A DNA stretch of 64,000 bases, taken from contig NZ_JBCNLU010000023.1 in NCBI RefSeq assembly GCF_039595295.1, forward strand, positions 2,665-66,664. The letters are read 5' to 3'. Origin of the DNA: Roseateles sp. (GTDB lineage: Bacteria > Pseudomonadota > Gammaproteobacteria > Burkholderiales > Burkholderiaceae_C). The notes under the pieces are model-generated. The model was not told where the DNA came from. It saw only the letters and a program-made list of their open reading frames with translations, and ran no database searches. The translations under genes and the position numbers were made by a program. The stretch's first letter is position 1. Every line of letters begins with the position of its first letter. This document shows, piece by piece, positions 9,277-18,111 of the stretch.

Positions 9277-9294
9277 TAACTCTTTCGAGGGATG
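9277..9294 (+). promoter_or_regulatory. 18-bp motif TAACTCTTTCGAGGGATG, identical to 27914-27931 on the minus strand
   Basis: Exact match between two intergenic regions; regulatory role inferred. Confidence 0.6.
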
Positions 9295-9346
9295 CCTCGG
9301 CGCTCCCGCGCCTTGCGCCGGCGAGGTGGCGGCTCCTATGATGGGT

Positions 9347-9371
9347 TTCATGTAGTGTTCCCTACATTGAA
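9347..9371. promoter_or_regulatory. Palindromic operator TTCATGTAG-N6-CTACAT(T)GAA, also present at 24436-24459
   Basis: Inverted repeat ending 6 nt before the ATG at 9378. Confidence 0.6.
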
Positions 9372-9377
9372 GTGCCC

Positions 9378-12300
9378 ATGAACGACCTCGCCCACCTGCC
9401 CTCCATCGAGCTGTCCCCCCACGGACCGCGTCTGCATCGCGTCAGCCCCGCGGCCGGGGCGGCGACGCTGGTGGCCGGCCGCGGCAGCGAGGCGCCGGCC
9501 ACCCTGGCCGTCCTGCAGCGCGAGTACGCCTTCCGCGCCGCCCTGCATCCCGACTGGGCCGCCATCCCCGAATCCATGCAGCCCGCCGGAGAGGGCGCCT
9601 TGCTGTTGCTGCGCGACCCCGGCGGTCGCTTGCTGCGCGAGCTCGTCGGCGCACCGCTGCCCGCCGAAGACTTTCTGCGCCTGGCCCTGGCGATCACGAC
9701 GGCGGTCGAGGGCATGCACGGCGCGGCCGTGATCCACCGCGCGCTCTCGCCCGATCGCATCTTCATCGACGGCCCCGCCGCCCGCGCCACGCTGACCGGT
9801 TTCGGCTTCGCGCTGCGTCTGGGCGCGCCCGGACCGCAGGCGGACGAGACGCTCGCCTGGGACGACAGCTGCTTCGACTACATGGCGCCCGAGCTGGGCG
9901 CCCGCATGAATGTCGATGTCGACGCGCGTGCCGATCTCTATGCGCTGGGCTGCATCTTTCATGAGCTGCTCACCGGCGCGCCGCCTTTCGAGGGCGCCGA
10001 CACCGCGGCGCGCGTCCACGCCCACGCGACTCGACGGCCCGCGCCGCCACACGAGTCCCGCCCCGATCTGCCGGCGCAACTGTCGAGGATCGTCATGCGA
10101 TTGCTGGAGAAGTCCCCCGATCAGCGCTACGCCGATGCCAACGGCCTGCTCGCCGACCTGCGCAGCTGCGACGAGCTGCTGCGCCGCCATGGCGAGATCC
10201 CCGATTTCGCGCTCGACGCCCGCGCCGCGATCGCCGCCGTGCGCGACGACGGACCGCTGGTTGGCCGCGATGACGAACTGGTCCAGCTGCGCCTGCTGCA
10301 TGAGCGCGTGCTGGCCGGCGACGGCGCGCAGACCGGCTGGGTTTGGGGCCCGCCCGGGATCGGCAAGTCCTCGCTGCTGCGCGAGGCCGTCGCCCGCATG
10401 GGCGCCGGGCCGGGCACTGCGGCGCCGCTTGTGGCCACGGGCAAGTGCACCGCCGCGCGCGGCGGCCTTCCCTTTGATTGCCTGTCCCGCGCGCTGGAGC
10501 CGCTGTTGCAGCGCGTGCTGGGAAGCTCGGACATCGAGTTCGACGTCTGGCGCGACCGCCTGCGTGTGGCAACCGAGCCGGTCGGCGCCACTGTCGCCGG
10601 ACTGGTGCCGGGCTTGCGTCAGATCCTGGGCCTGCCCGCCGACGCGCAGGCGCCGGCCATGGCCGACGCGGCGCTGATCTTCGAGCGCGAGATCGTGCTG
10701 CGCGCGATGGCCCGCCTCATCGCCTGCTTCGCGCGTCCGGAGCGCCCGCTGGTGCTGCTGATCGACGACCTGCAATGGGCCGACGTGGACACGCTCCAGG
10801 TCCTGGAGCGGCTGCTCATCGACCGTGCGCAGGCTCCGCTGCTGGTGCTGGGATCGGTGCGCTCGCAGGAATCGCCGGACGTGCAGGACGGGCATCCGCT
10901 GCGCGCGACGCCGCTGTTCCAGCGCCCCGACGCCCTGCATCTGCGCGTGAGCCCGCTGGAAGCCGGCGCCGCGCGCGAACTGGTCGCGCGTGCCCTGCAA
11001 CAAGACGCGGACCAGCTCGGCGAGCTGATCGCGCTGATCGAGTCCTGGACCGGCCGCAACCCCTTCTTCATCCGACGACTGCTGGCGCGTCTGGTCCACG
11101 AGCAGCTTCTGTCCTATGACGCCGAGTCCGCGCGCTGGACCTGGGCGATCGAGCGCATCGCCGCGCACCCCGCGATGCGCGACGTCGGCGAGCTGCTGGC
11201 CGACGAGCTGACCGCGCTGCCCGACGCCACGCGCGCGCTGCTGCACACGCTGGCCTGCCTGGGCGATCACGCCAAGGATTGCCTGCTCGCGTTCTCCGCC
11301 GGCATCGACGAGTCCATGCTGGCCGAGACCCTCGCGCCCGCGGTGGCGGCGGGCTTCGTCGCCGACGAGGGCGATCACTGGGCCTTCATCCACGACCACG
11401 TGCGCGAGGCGGTGCACGTCGCCCTGCCGACGGCGCAGCGCGCGGCGCTGCATCTGGACATCGCCCGGCGTCTGATGACGGTGGGCACCGGCGTCGTGCA
11501 GGCCGACGGCCGCACGGCGGCCAAGGCGGCGATGGCGGAACCGCCGGTGTTCTCGATCGCCGCGCAGGCCAACCTCGCCGCGCCCGCGGTGACGGATGCG
11601 GCGGAGCGGCGCCGCTTCGCGCTGATCAATCTGGAGGCCGGCAAGCGTGCGAAAGCCGCGACCGCGCATCACTCGGCCCTGGAGTTCCTGGGCTGGGCGC
11701 TGCACTGGTTCGGCGACGAGCAGACCAGCGCCGACGCGCTCGAGGCCAGCCTGCTCTGCGGCGAGGCCGAGTTCATGACCGGCGCGCTGGAGGCGGCCGA
11801 GGGCCGGCTGGCCGCGCTGCAGGGCATGGCCGGCGACGGACTCTTCGGCACGGACGTGGCGCGGCTGCGGGTCGCGCTCTACACGACGCTGGGCCGCTTC
11901 GATCTGGCGCTGGACGTGGGCTTCGCCTTCCTGGCGCGCGCGGGCATCGAGCTGCCGCGCCGGCCCACCGATGCGCAGGTCGACGAGGAGCATCAGCGTC
12001 TGCGCGGCTGGCTCGATGAGCGCGGCGTGGCCGGTCTGCGCCACATCGGCGCCGACACCGACCCGCTGCGCCGCGCGATCGTGGACATCTTTGCGGACCT
12101 GCTGCCGCCGGCGATGTACTCGGACCAGAACCTCGAGGACCTGATGCTGATGCGCATGGTCGGCCTGGCCGTCGCCAACGGTCACACCGACGCCTCGGTC
12201 AACGGCTACGTGTGCATGATCCGCGTGCTGGGCGAGCGCTACGGCGACTACGGGCGCTCGCGCGAGTTCGGCGAGCTGGCGCTGCATCTGATCGAGGACC

Positions 12301-14570
12301 GCGGCCTGCGCCGCTATCAGCAGCGCGTGCATCACACCTACGCGACCTTCGTCGTGCCCTGGACCGCGCCGGCCCGCGTCGCGCGTGAGCATCACCTGCG
12401 CGCCTTCGACATCGCGACCCGCGTCGGCGACCACACCTTCGCGCTGTACTGCGGGCGCAATCAGGCGACCGGGATGCTCTTCGCCGGCGACTTCCTGGAA
12501 GACGTGCGCCAGACCGTGGACCGCGCGCTGCAACGCGCGCGTGACGCCAACTTCAAGCTGGTTGTCGATGCCTTGCTGGCGCAGCGCTCGCTGCTGGCCG
12601 CGCTTCAAGACGGCGAACCCGGCCGCGACCACGCGGACCTGCAAGCCGCGCGCCCCGGCGATGCCGAGCGCATGGCCGAGCCGGTCGAGAGCGCGCCCGC
12701 CACGCTGGTCGACTTCGCCTATTGGGTCTATCGGTTGCAGGCGGGACTGCTCTTCGGCGATCTGCCGGAGGCGCTCGAGGCGCGTCGTCGCGCCGAGGCC
12801 TGCCAGCGCGCGGGCCGCTCGTTCGCCGAGTACGCGGACCTGCCGTTCTACGGCGCGCTCGCCTTGCTGCGTCTGCGCGAGCGCGACGACGCGCAGGAGG
12901 CCGCGCTGCGTCGTCATGTGGCGGCGCTGGACACCTGGGCCGCGGACTGCGCGGAGAACTTCGGCGCCCGTCGCGCGCTGGTGCTGGCCGAGCAGGCCCG
13001 CGCGCTCGGGCATGCGACCGAGGCCGCCGAGCTCTACGCCAGTGCCGTCGCGCAAGCGCGTCGCCACGGCTTCGCGCAGGTCGAGGCGCTGGCGGCGGAG
13101 CTCGCCGCCGGCTTCCACGCGGACCAGCATCGCGAGATCGAGAGCCGCGCCTATCTGCGCCATGCGCTGGCCGCCTGGCAGCGCTGGGGCGCGGTCGCGA
13201 AGGCGCGCGACCTGCTGCAGCGTCATCCCGAGCTCAATGACGCTGACCAGCCCGCTGCGCCGACCAGTCGACTGCATCAGCTGGACGTGCAGGCGGTGCT
13301 GCGCATCACGCATGCGCTGGCCAGCGACATCGTGCCCGAGCGCCTGGTCGAGACGACGATGCGCACCGCGCTGGAGTCCGCCGGCGCCGACTACGGCGCG
13401 CTCGCGCTGCTGCGCGACGGGCAATGGATCGTGCGGGCGCGCGCGCGGCTCAACGATGACGAGCTGGTCGTGACGCAGGAGCCGGCGCCGTTCTCGCCCG
13501 AGGTGCTACCGGTCTCGATCGCGCATGCGGTGGCGCGCACGCAGCATGCGGTGCAGCACGACGACGCGCGTGACGCGCCGGCTCTGGCGCAGGACGACTA
13601 CGTGATGCGCGCCAAGCCGCGCTCGCTGCTATGCGTGCCGATGATGCGCTACGCGCGTCTGATCGGCGTGCTCTACCTGGAGAACTCGCTGGCGCCGCGC
13701 GTCTTCACCACGGCCAAGGCCGAGCTGCTGGAGGTGATCGCGTCGCAGGCGGCCTTCTCGCTGGAGAACACGCGGCTCTATGAGGAGCTCGTCGATCAGA
13801 ACCGCCAGCGCGCCGAGGCCGAGGAGCGTCTGCGCAACGCGCTGCAGGAGCTCGCGCGTGCCAGCCGGTTGAAGGCGATGGGCGAGCTGGTCGCTTCCAT
13901 CGTTCACGAGATCGGTCAACCACTCAGCGCCATCGACACCTCGGCCAGCGCGGCCGGTCGCTGGCTGCGCCGGCCCGAGCCCGACATCGGCGAGGCGCTC
14001 ACCATGATTTCCCATGTGAGTCTGAGCGCCAAGCGCGCGAAAAGCATCATCCAGGGACTGCGCGCGATGGCACGCAAAGCCGAGCCGCAGTTTGCCGAGG
14101 TTGATCTGGGCGACGCGCTGCGCGAGTGCGCGACCCTGGTCGGCGGCTCGCTGGCGGAGCTCGGCGTCACGCTGTCGGTGACGGGACCCACGATGCCTTG
14201 CCCGGTGCGCGGCGACCGGGTGCAGCTGCAGCAGGTCGCGATCAATCTGCTGATGAACGGCGCCGAGGCCATGTCCGATCTGCCGACCGATCTGCGCCGT
14301 CTGTCCCTGCAGTGGGCGGTGACGCGTCCGGATCTGGTCGAGGTCGTCGTCGAGGACCGCGGCGTGGGCATCGCCGCCGACGCGGTCCGTCAGGTGCTGG
14401 AGCCCTTCTTCACGACCAAGTCGCACGGGATGGGCATGGGTCTGGCGATCTGCAAATCCATCGTCGATGCGCACGGCGGCGCGTTGAGTTTCGATCCGGG
14501 CGCCATTGGCGGCACGCGGGTCACGCTGAGCCTGCCCAGCTTTGGCGCCAGTCCTCAGCAGGAAGGATGA
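9378..14570 (+). CDS. Multidomain sensor: Ser/Thr kinase-like + AAA ATPase + helical repeats + GAF + histidine kinase
   Basis: IHRALSP..TGFG..YMAPE (degenerate kinase); Walker A GPPGIGKS; Walker B LLIDDLQWAD; GAF PRSLLCVPM..GVLYLEN; H-box SIVHEIGQPL; N/G1/F/G2 boxes NLLMNG, EDRGVGI, PFFTTK, GMGMGL. Confidence 0.9.
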   Translation: MNDLAHLPSIELSPHGPRLHRVSPAAGAATLVAGRGSEAPATLAVLQREYAFRAALHPDWAAIPESMQPAGEGALLLLRDPGGRLLRELVGAPLPAEDFLRLALAITTAVEGMHGAAVIHRALSPDRIFIDGPAARATLTGFGFALRLGAPGPQADETLAWDDSCFDYMAPELGARMNVDVDARADLYALGCIFHELLTGAPPFEGADTAARVHAHATRRPAPPHESRPDLPAQLSRIVMRLLEKSPDQRYADANGLLADLRSCDELLRRHGEIPDFALDARAAIAAVRDDGPLVGRDDELVQLRLLHERVLAGDGAQTGWVWGPPGIGKSSLLREAVARMGAGPGTAAPLVATGKCTAARGGLPFDCLSRALEPLLQRVLGSSDIEFDVWRDRLRVATEPVGATVAGLVPGLRQILGLPADAQAPAMADAALIFEREIVLRAMARLIACFARPERPLVLLIDDLQWADVDTLQVLERLLIDRAQAPLLVLGSVRSQESPDVQDGHPLRATPLFQRPDALHLRVSPLEAGAARELVARALQQDADQLGELIALIESWTGRNPFFIRRLLARLVHEQLLSYDAESARWTWAIERIAAHPAMRDVGELLADELTALPDATRALLHTLACLGDHAKDCLLAFSAGIDESMLAETLAPAVAAGFVADEGDHWAFIHDHVREAVHVALPTAQRAALHLDIARRLMTVGTGVVQADGRTAAKAAMAEPPVFSIAAQANLAAPAVTDAAERRRFALINLEAGKRAKAATAHHSALEFLGWALHWFGDEQTSADALEASLLCGEAEFMTGALEAAEGRLAALQGMAGDGLFGTDVARLRVALYTTLGRFDLALDVGFAFLARAGIELPRRPTDAQVDEEHQRLRGWLDERGVAGLRHIGADTDPLRRAIVDIFADLLPPAMYSDQNLEDLMLMRMVGLAVANGHTDASVNGYVCMIRVLGERYGDYGRSREFGELALHLIEDRGLRRYQQRVHHTYATFVVPWTAPARVAREHHLRAFDIATRVGDHTFALYCGRNQATGMLFAGDFLEDVRQTVDRALQRARDANFKLVVDALLAQRSLLAALQDGEPGRDHADLQAARPGDAERMAEPVESAPATLVDFAYWVYRLQAGLLFGDLPEALEARRRAEACQRAGRSFAEYADLPFYGALALLRLRERDDAQEAALRRHVAALDTWAADCAENFGARRALVLAEQARALGHATEAAELYASAVAQARRHGFAQVEALAAELAAGFHADQHREIESRAYLRHALAAWQRWGAVAKARDLLQRHPELNDADQPAAPTSRLHQLDVQAVLRITHALASDIVPERLVETTMRTALESAGADYGALALLRDGQWIVRARARLNDDELVVTQEPAPFSPEVLPVSIAHAVARTQHAVQHDDARDAPALAQDDYVMRAKPRSLLCVPMMRYARLIGVLYLENSLAPRVFTTAKAELLEVIASQAAFSLENTRLYEELVDQNRQRAEAEERLRNALQELARASRLKAMGELVASIVHEIGQPLSAIDTSASAAGRWLRRPEPDIGEALTMISHVSLSAKRAKSIIQGLRAMARKAEPQFAEVDLGDALRECATLVGGSLAELGVTLSVTGPTMPCPVRGDRVQLQQVAINLLMNGAEAMSDLPTDLRRLSLQWAVTRPDLVEVVVEDRGVGIAADAVRQVLEPFFTTKSHGMGMGLAICKSIVDAHGGALSFDPGAIGGTRVTLSLPSFGASPQQEG

Positions 14571-14811
14571 GGAGATCGCGCCTTGCGGACGGCGACGGGG
14601 CATACGGCGGTCATCTCGGTGGAAACCCTCGTATGAGAGGAGCCGCCGCTTGGTTGGATTGGTCGAGGAAAGGGGCTCTGGTCATATCGACGACATCGCG
14701 GACACGAGCTCGGATGGCCCGGACACCGCGATCCGCCGACCCGTCGGCAGCCGGTCGCGACCGAGTGCGCGACGCGCGCCGCCGGGCATCCCCTGACCCA
14801 AGGAGTTGACG

Positions 14812-15480
14812 ATGAACCACCATGAAATTCCCCTGTTCCCGCCGCGGCGCTTCCAGCCGCAGCGCCTGCTGCTCGCCGCGACGCTGGGCTGCGCGTTGAT
14901 GGCCGGCCTGATGTCGGTCGCGCTGGCCGAGCCGGCCGCCTCGGCCACGACGGGCCCCGTGACCCGCGACCAGGTCGTCGCCGATCTGAAGGCCTATCAG
15001 GACTCGGGCCTGGCCGCGCTGGAGTCGGACGAGTCGCAATCGAAGATCGGCACGGCCGAGTGGCGCGCGGCGCGTCTGCGCTATCTCGAGTTGCGCGGCA
15101 TCCCGGCCGACGGCGCGGTCAAGCCGGCGCTGTCGCGCCAGCAGGTGCTGACCGATCTGAAGTTCTACCGCGAGTCCGGTCTGGCCGACGTCGAGCGCCG
15201 TGATGGGGAGGAGTCCAATCAGTCCGCCGCCCTCGTCGCCGCGCAGGAGCGCTACGACCAGCTCACGATGATGGACATGATGGACCGCCCGCTGACGCGC
15301 GCCGAAGTCGTCGCCGATCTGCAGATTTATCGCGAGTCCGGCCTGGCCGCCTATGACCGCAGCGAGGGCGACGTGCAACGCAGCAGCGCCGGTTATCAGC
15401 AGGCGCTGGCCCGCTACAAGCAGCTCAAGCGCGACGGTCATTACCAGCATCTGGTGATGGCGCTCGGCAAGTCGAGCTGA
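14812..15480 (+). CDS. Exported DUF4148-like protein with three internal repeats
   Basis: AGGAG RBS; signal peptide; TRDQVVADLKAYQDSG / SRQQVLTDLKFYRESG / TRAEVVADLQIYRESG. Confidence 0.7.
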   Translation: MNHHEIPLFPPRRFQPQRLLLAATLGCALMAGLMSVALAEPAASATTGPVTRDQVVADLKAYQDSGLAALESDESQSKIGTAEWRAARLRYLELRGIPADGAVKPALSRQQVLTDLKFYRESGLADVERRDGEESNQSAALVAAQERYDQLTMMDMMDRPLTRAEVVADLQIYRESGLAAYDRSEGDVQRSSAGYQQALARYKQLKRDGHYQHLVMALGKSS

Positions 15481-15559
15481 ACGACGCCTTGTCGATATCG
15501 CCATGCCTGCCGCACGACCAAGCACTCGAACAACATCGGTCGCCCGACATGCCCGGCGT

Positions 15560-15601
15560 TTCCCCTCTCCCGCCAGCGAGAGAGGGGGAGGAGTGAGGGC
15601 C
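15560..15601. repeat. Degenerate copy of the REP-like element
   Basis: TTTCCCCTCTCCCGCCAGCGAGAGAGGGGGAGGAGTGAGGG resembles 57587-57629. Confidence 0.5.
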
Positions 15602-15672
15602 GGCGCCCCACTCCGACCTCCGTTCCTGCATTCTTTTCCCCCTCGACCCATCCGCAACCCGTGGAGCCCGCG

Positions 15673-16854
15673 ATGACGCTCTCCCTCCTCGCTCTCGGCG
15701 CCGTCGCGCTGACCCTCGCCCTGATCGCCGGTGCCGCGTTGGTCGACTGGCCGCGGCGCTCGTTCGCGCTGATCCTGCTGGCGATGTCCAGCGTCGGCGT
15801 GACCAGCCAGGCCGCCTCTCCGCCCGTGGAAGGCATGGCCCCCGCCTTCACCGGCGCCACCGGCTGGCTCAACTCCCCGCCCATCGACCTGAGCGCGCAG
15901 CGCGGCAAGGTCGTCGTGGTGAGCTTTTGGACCTACTCCTGCATCAACTGCCTGCGCGTGCTGCCCTACGTGCGCGCCTGGTCGCAGCGCTATGCGAAGC
16001 AAGGCTTGGTCGTCGTCGGCGTGCACTCGCCCGAGTTCGGCTTCGAGAAGGACCCCGCCAACGTCACCCGCGCGGTCAAGGACCTCAAGCTGACCTACCC
16101 GATCGCGCTGGACGACGGCTTCAAGGTCTGGCGTGCCTACGGCAACCGCTTCTGGCCGGCGCTCTACATCGTCGATGCCCAGGGGCGAATCCGCCATCAC
16201 CAGTTCGGCGAGGACGGGTCGCCCGAGACCGAGCAGATCATCCAGACCCTGCTGCGCGAGACCATGCCGCCCGCACCCACGACCTCGACCACCGTGGCGG
16301 CCAAGCCCGCCGCCGCGGCGGCGACGGCCACGCCGACCTCCCCATCGACGCCCGCGCCGATGGACACCGATCTCAGCGGCGTCGGCATGCCGGCGGACCT
16401 GGATCATCTGCGCTCGCCCGAGAGCTACATCGGCTACGCCCAGGCGACCAGCATGGCCGGAGCGAGCGCGCTGTCCCGCGACCGCTCGCGGCGCTACGTC
16501 GCGAGTCAGCTGGACCTCAATGAATGGACGCTCTCCGGCGCATGGACCGTCGGCGCCGAGTACGCCACCGCCGACGAGGCGAACGCATCCCTCGCCGTGC
16601 GTTTCCACGCGCGCGACGTGAACCTGGTGATGGGCCCGCCGAGCGACGGCGGTCCGGTGAAGATCCTCGTGACCATCGACGGCCAGCCGCCCGGCGAGGA
16701 CCACGGCGTCGACATCGACGCGCAAGGCAACGGCATGGTGGACGCCACGCGGCTCTACCAGCTGGTGCGCCAGCGCGCGGTGCAACGCGACCGGCGCGTG
16801 GAGATCCGCTTCCTCGGCACCGGCGCGCGGACCTACGCCTTCACCTTCGGTTAA
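15673..16854 (+). CDS. DipZ-like exported thioredoxin/redoxin protein
   Basis: WLNSPP..L..RGKVVVVSFWTYSCINC; VGVHSPEF; NRFWPA.Y; SPESYIGY; RTYAFTFG C-terminus. Confidence 0.85.
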   Translation: MTLSLLALGAVALTLALIAGAALVDWPRRSFALILLAMSSVGVTSQAASPPVEGMAPAFTGATGWLNSPPIDLSAQRGKVVVVSFWTYSCINCLRVLPYVRAWSQRYAKQGLVVVGVHSPEFGFEKDPANVTRAVKDLKLTYPIALDDGFKVWRAYGNRFWPALYIVDAQGRIRHHQFGEDGSPETEQIIQTLLRETMPPAPTTSTTVAAKPAAAAATATPTSPSTPAPMDTDLSGVGMPADLDHLRSPESYIGYAQATSMAGASALSRDRSRRYVASQLDLNEWTLSGAWTVGAEYATADEANASLAVRFHARDVNLVMGPPSDGGPVKILVTIDGQPPGEDHGVDIDAQGNGMVDATRLYQLVRQRAVQRDRRVEIRFLGTGARTYAFTFG

Positions 16855-16937
16855 CGAGCTCATCTCTTCGTATAGGGCGGCCGCCGCGGGGCCGCCCGCA
16901 GTGCTACCGTGCGCGCCAGCGCGATCAGGTGACCGTC

Positions 16938-17624
16938 ATGCAGCAAGTGTTTTCCCAGCCCGGCAAGCCGGCCCCCCACATCGCCGGCCAGGCGGACGCT
17001 GCGGTGCGCCGCACCGTGTTCATCGTCGACGACGAGGACCTGATCCGGACCTCGCTGGCCAGCTTGCTGCGCTCGATGGAACTAGAGGTGAAAGACTTCC
17101 CCTCGACCGCGGCCTTCCTCGCCGCGCCCAAGGTCAGCGGTCCGTCCTGTCTGGTGCTGGACGTGCGGCTGCGCGGTGAAAGCGGGCTGGCCTTCCAGCA
17201 GTCGCTGGCCGGCCGCGGCCTGGGCCACATGCCGGTGATCATCATGACCGGCCATGGGGATGTCTCCATGACCGTGCGGGCGATGAAGGCCGGCGCGCGC
17301 GACTTCCTCGAGAAGCCGTTCCGCGACCAGGACATGATCGACGCGGTCATCGCCGCGCTGGAGCTCGATGCGAAGCGGCTGGTCGTCGAGCGCTCGCTCG
17401 AGGAGCTGCGGGGCTGCTGGGCGTCGCTCACGCCGCGCGAGCGCGAGGTGCTGGAGCACGTCGCCTCCGGTCGTCTGAACAAGCAGATTGCCGGGGAGAT
17501 GGGCATCGCCGAGATCACCGCCAAGATCCACCGCGGCCAGGGCATGCGCAAGATGCGATCGCGCTCGGTGGCGGAGCTGGTGCGCAAGATGCAGGCGCTC
17601 GGCGTGATCCGCGAGACCGTCTGA
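16938..17624 (+). CDS. FixJ/TodT-type response regulator (REC + LuxR HTH)
   Basis: VFIVDDED, CLVLDVRL, MTGHGD, KAGARDFLEKP, LTPREREV...NKQIA. Confidence 0.92.
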   Translation: MQQVFSQPGKPAPHIAGQADAAVRRTVFIVDDEDLIRTSLASLLRSMELEVKDFPSTAAFLAAPKVSGPSCLVLDVRLRGESGLAFQQSLAGRGLGHMPVIIMTGHGDVSMTVRAMKAGARDFLEKPFRDQDMIDAVIAALELDAKRLVVERSLEELRGCWASLTPREREVLEHVASGRLNKQIAGEMGIAEITAKIHRGQGMRKMRSRSVAELVRKMQALGVIRETV

Positions 17625-17664
17625 GCCCCGGAGCCCGCGCGTGTCGATCAGCCCCTCCGCCGTG

Positions 17665-18111
17665 ATGGCCGACCCGGATGCCCCGGTCGCCTCGGCACTT
17701 CCGGCCGCTGCGGTCGCCGCCGCCACCACCATCGTCGCCGTCGTTGACGACGACCCCTTCGTGCGCGCGGCCACCGGCAGCCTGGTGCGGGCTTTCGGCT
17801 GGGAGGCTCACACCTTCTGCTCGGCCGAGGACTACTTGGCGTCGGGCCTCGCGGCGCGCACCGCCTGCCTGGTCTGCGACATCCAGATGGAGAGGCTCGA
17901 CGGCATCGGGCTGCTGGCGCGCTTGCAGAAGGACGGCGTCGCGCCGCCGACGCTGTTCATCACGGCCTTGACATCGGAGACGGTGCGGCGCCGCGCCTTG
18001 GGGCAGGGCGCGCTGCACGTCATCGACAAACCGATCGATGCGAATGAGCTGGAGGAGTGGGTGCAGCGGGCGCTGGCGTCGGGGCCGCGAGGCCGCGCGT
18101 CAGGCGGCTGA
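17665..18111 (+). CDS. Single-domain response regulator
   Basis: VAVVDDDPFVR, CLVCDIQM..LDG, LFITA, IDKP. Confidence 0.85.
   Translation: MADPDAPVASALPAAAVAAATTIVAVVDDDPFVRAATGSLVRAFGWEAHTFCSAEDYLASGLAARTACLVCDIQMERLDGIGLLARLQKDGVAPPTLFITALTSETVRRRALGQGALHVIDKPIDANELEEWVQRALASGPRGRASGG

Noticed and set aside
9348-13424. 1358-aa minus-strand ORF, and similar long ORFs at 14611-16863, 27929-31081, 53754-56948 and 60122-63418
   Set aside because: These are antisense shadows of well-supported genes. High GC suppresses stop codons, and the translations are Arg/Gly/Ala-rich with no motifs.
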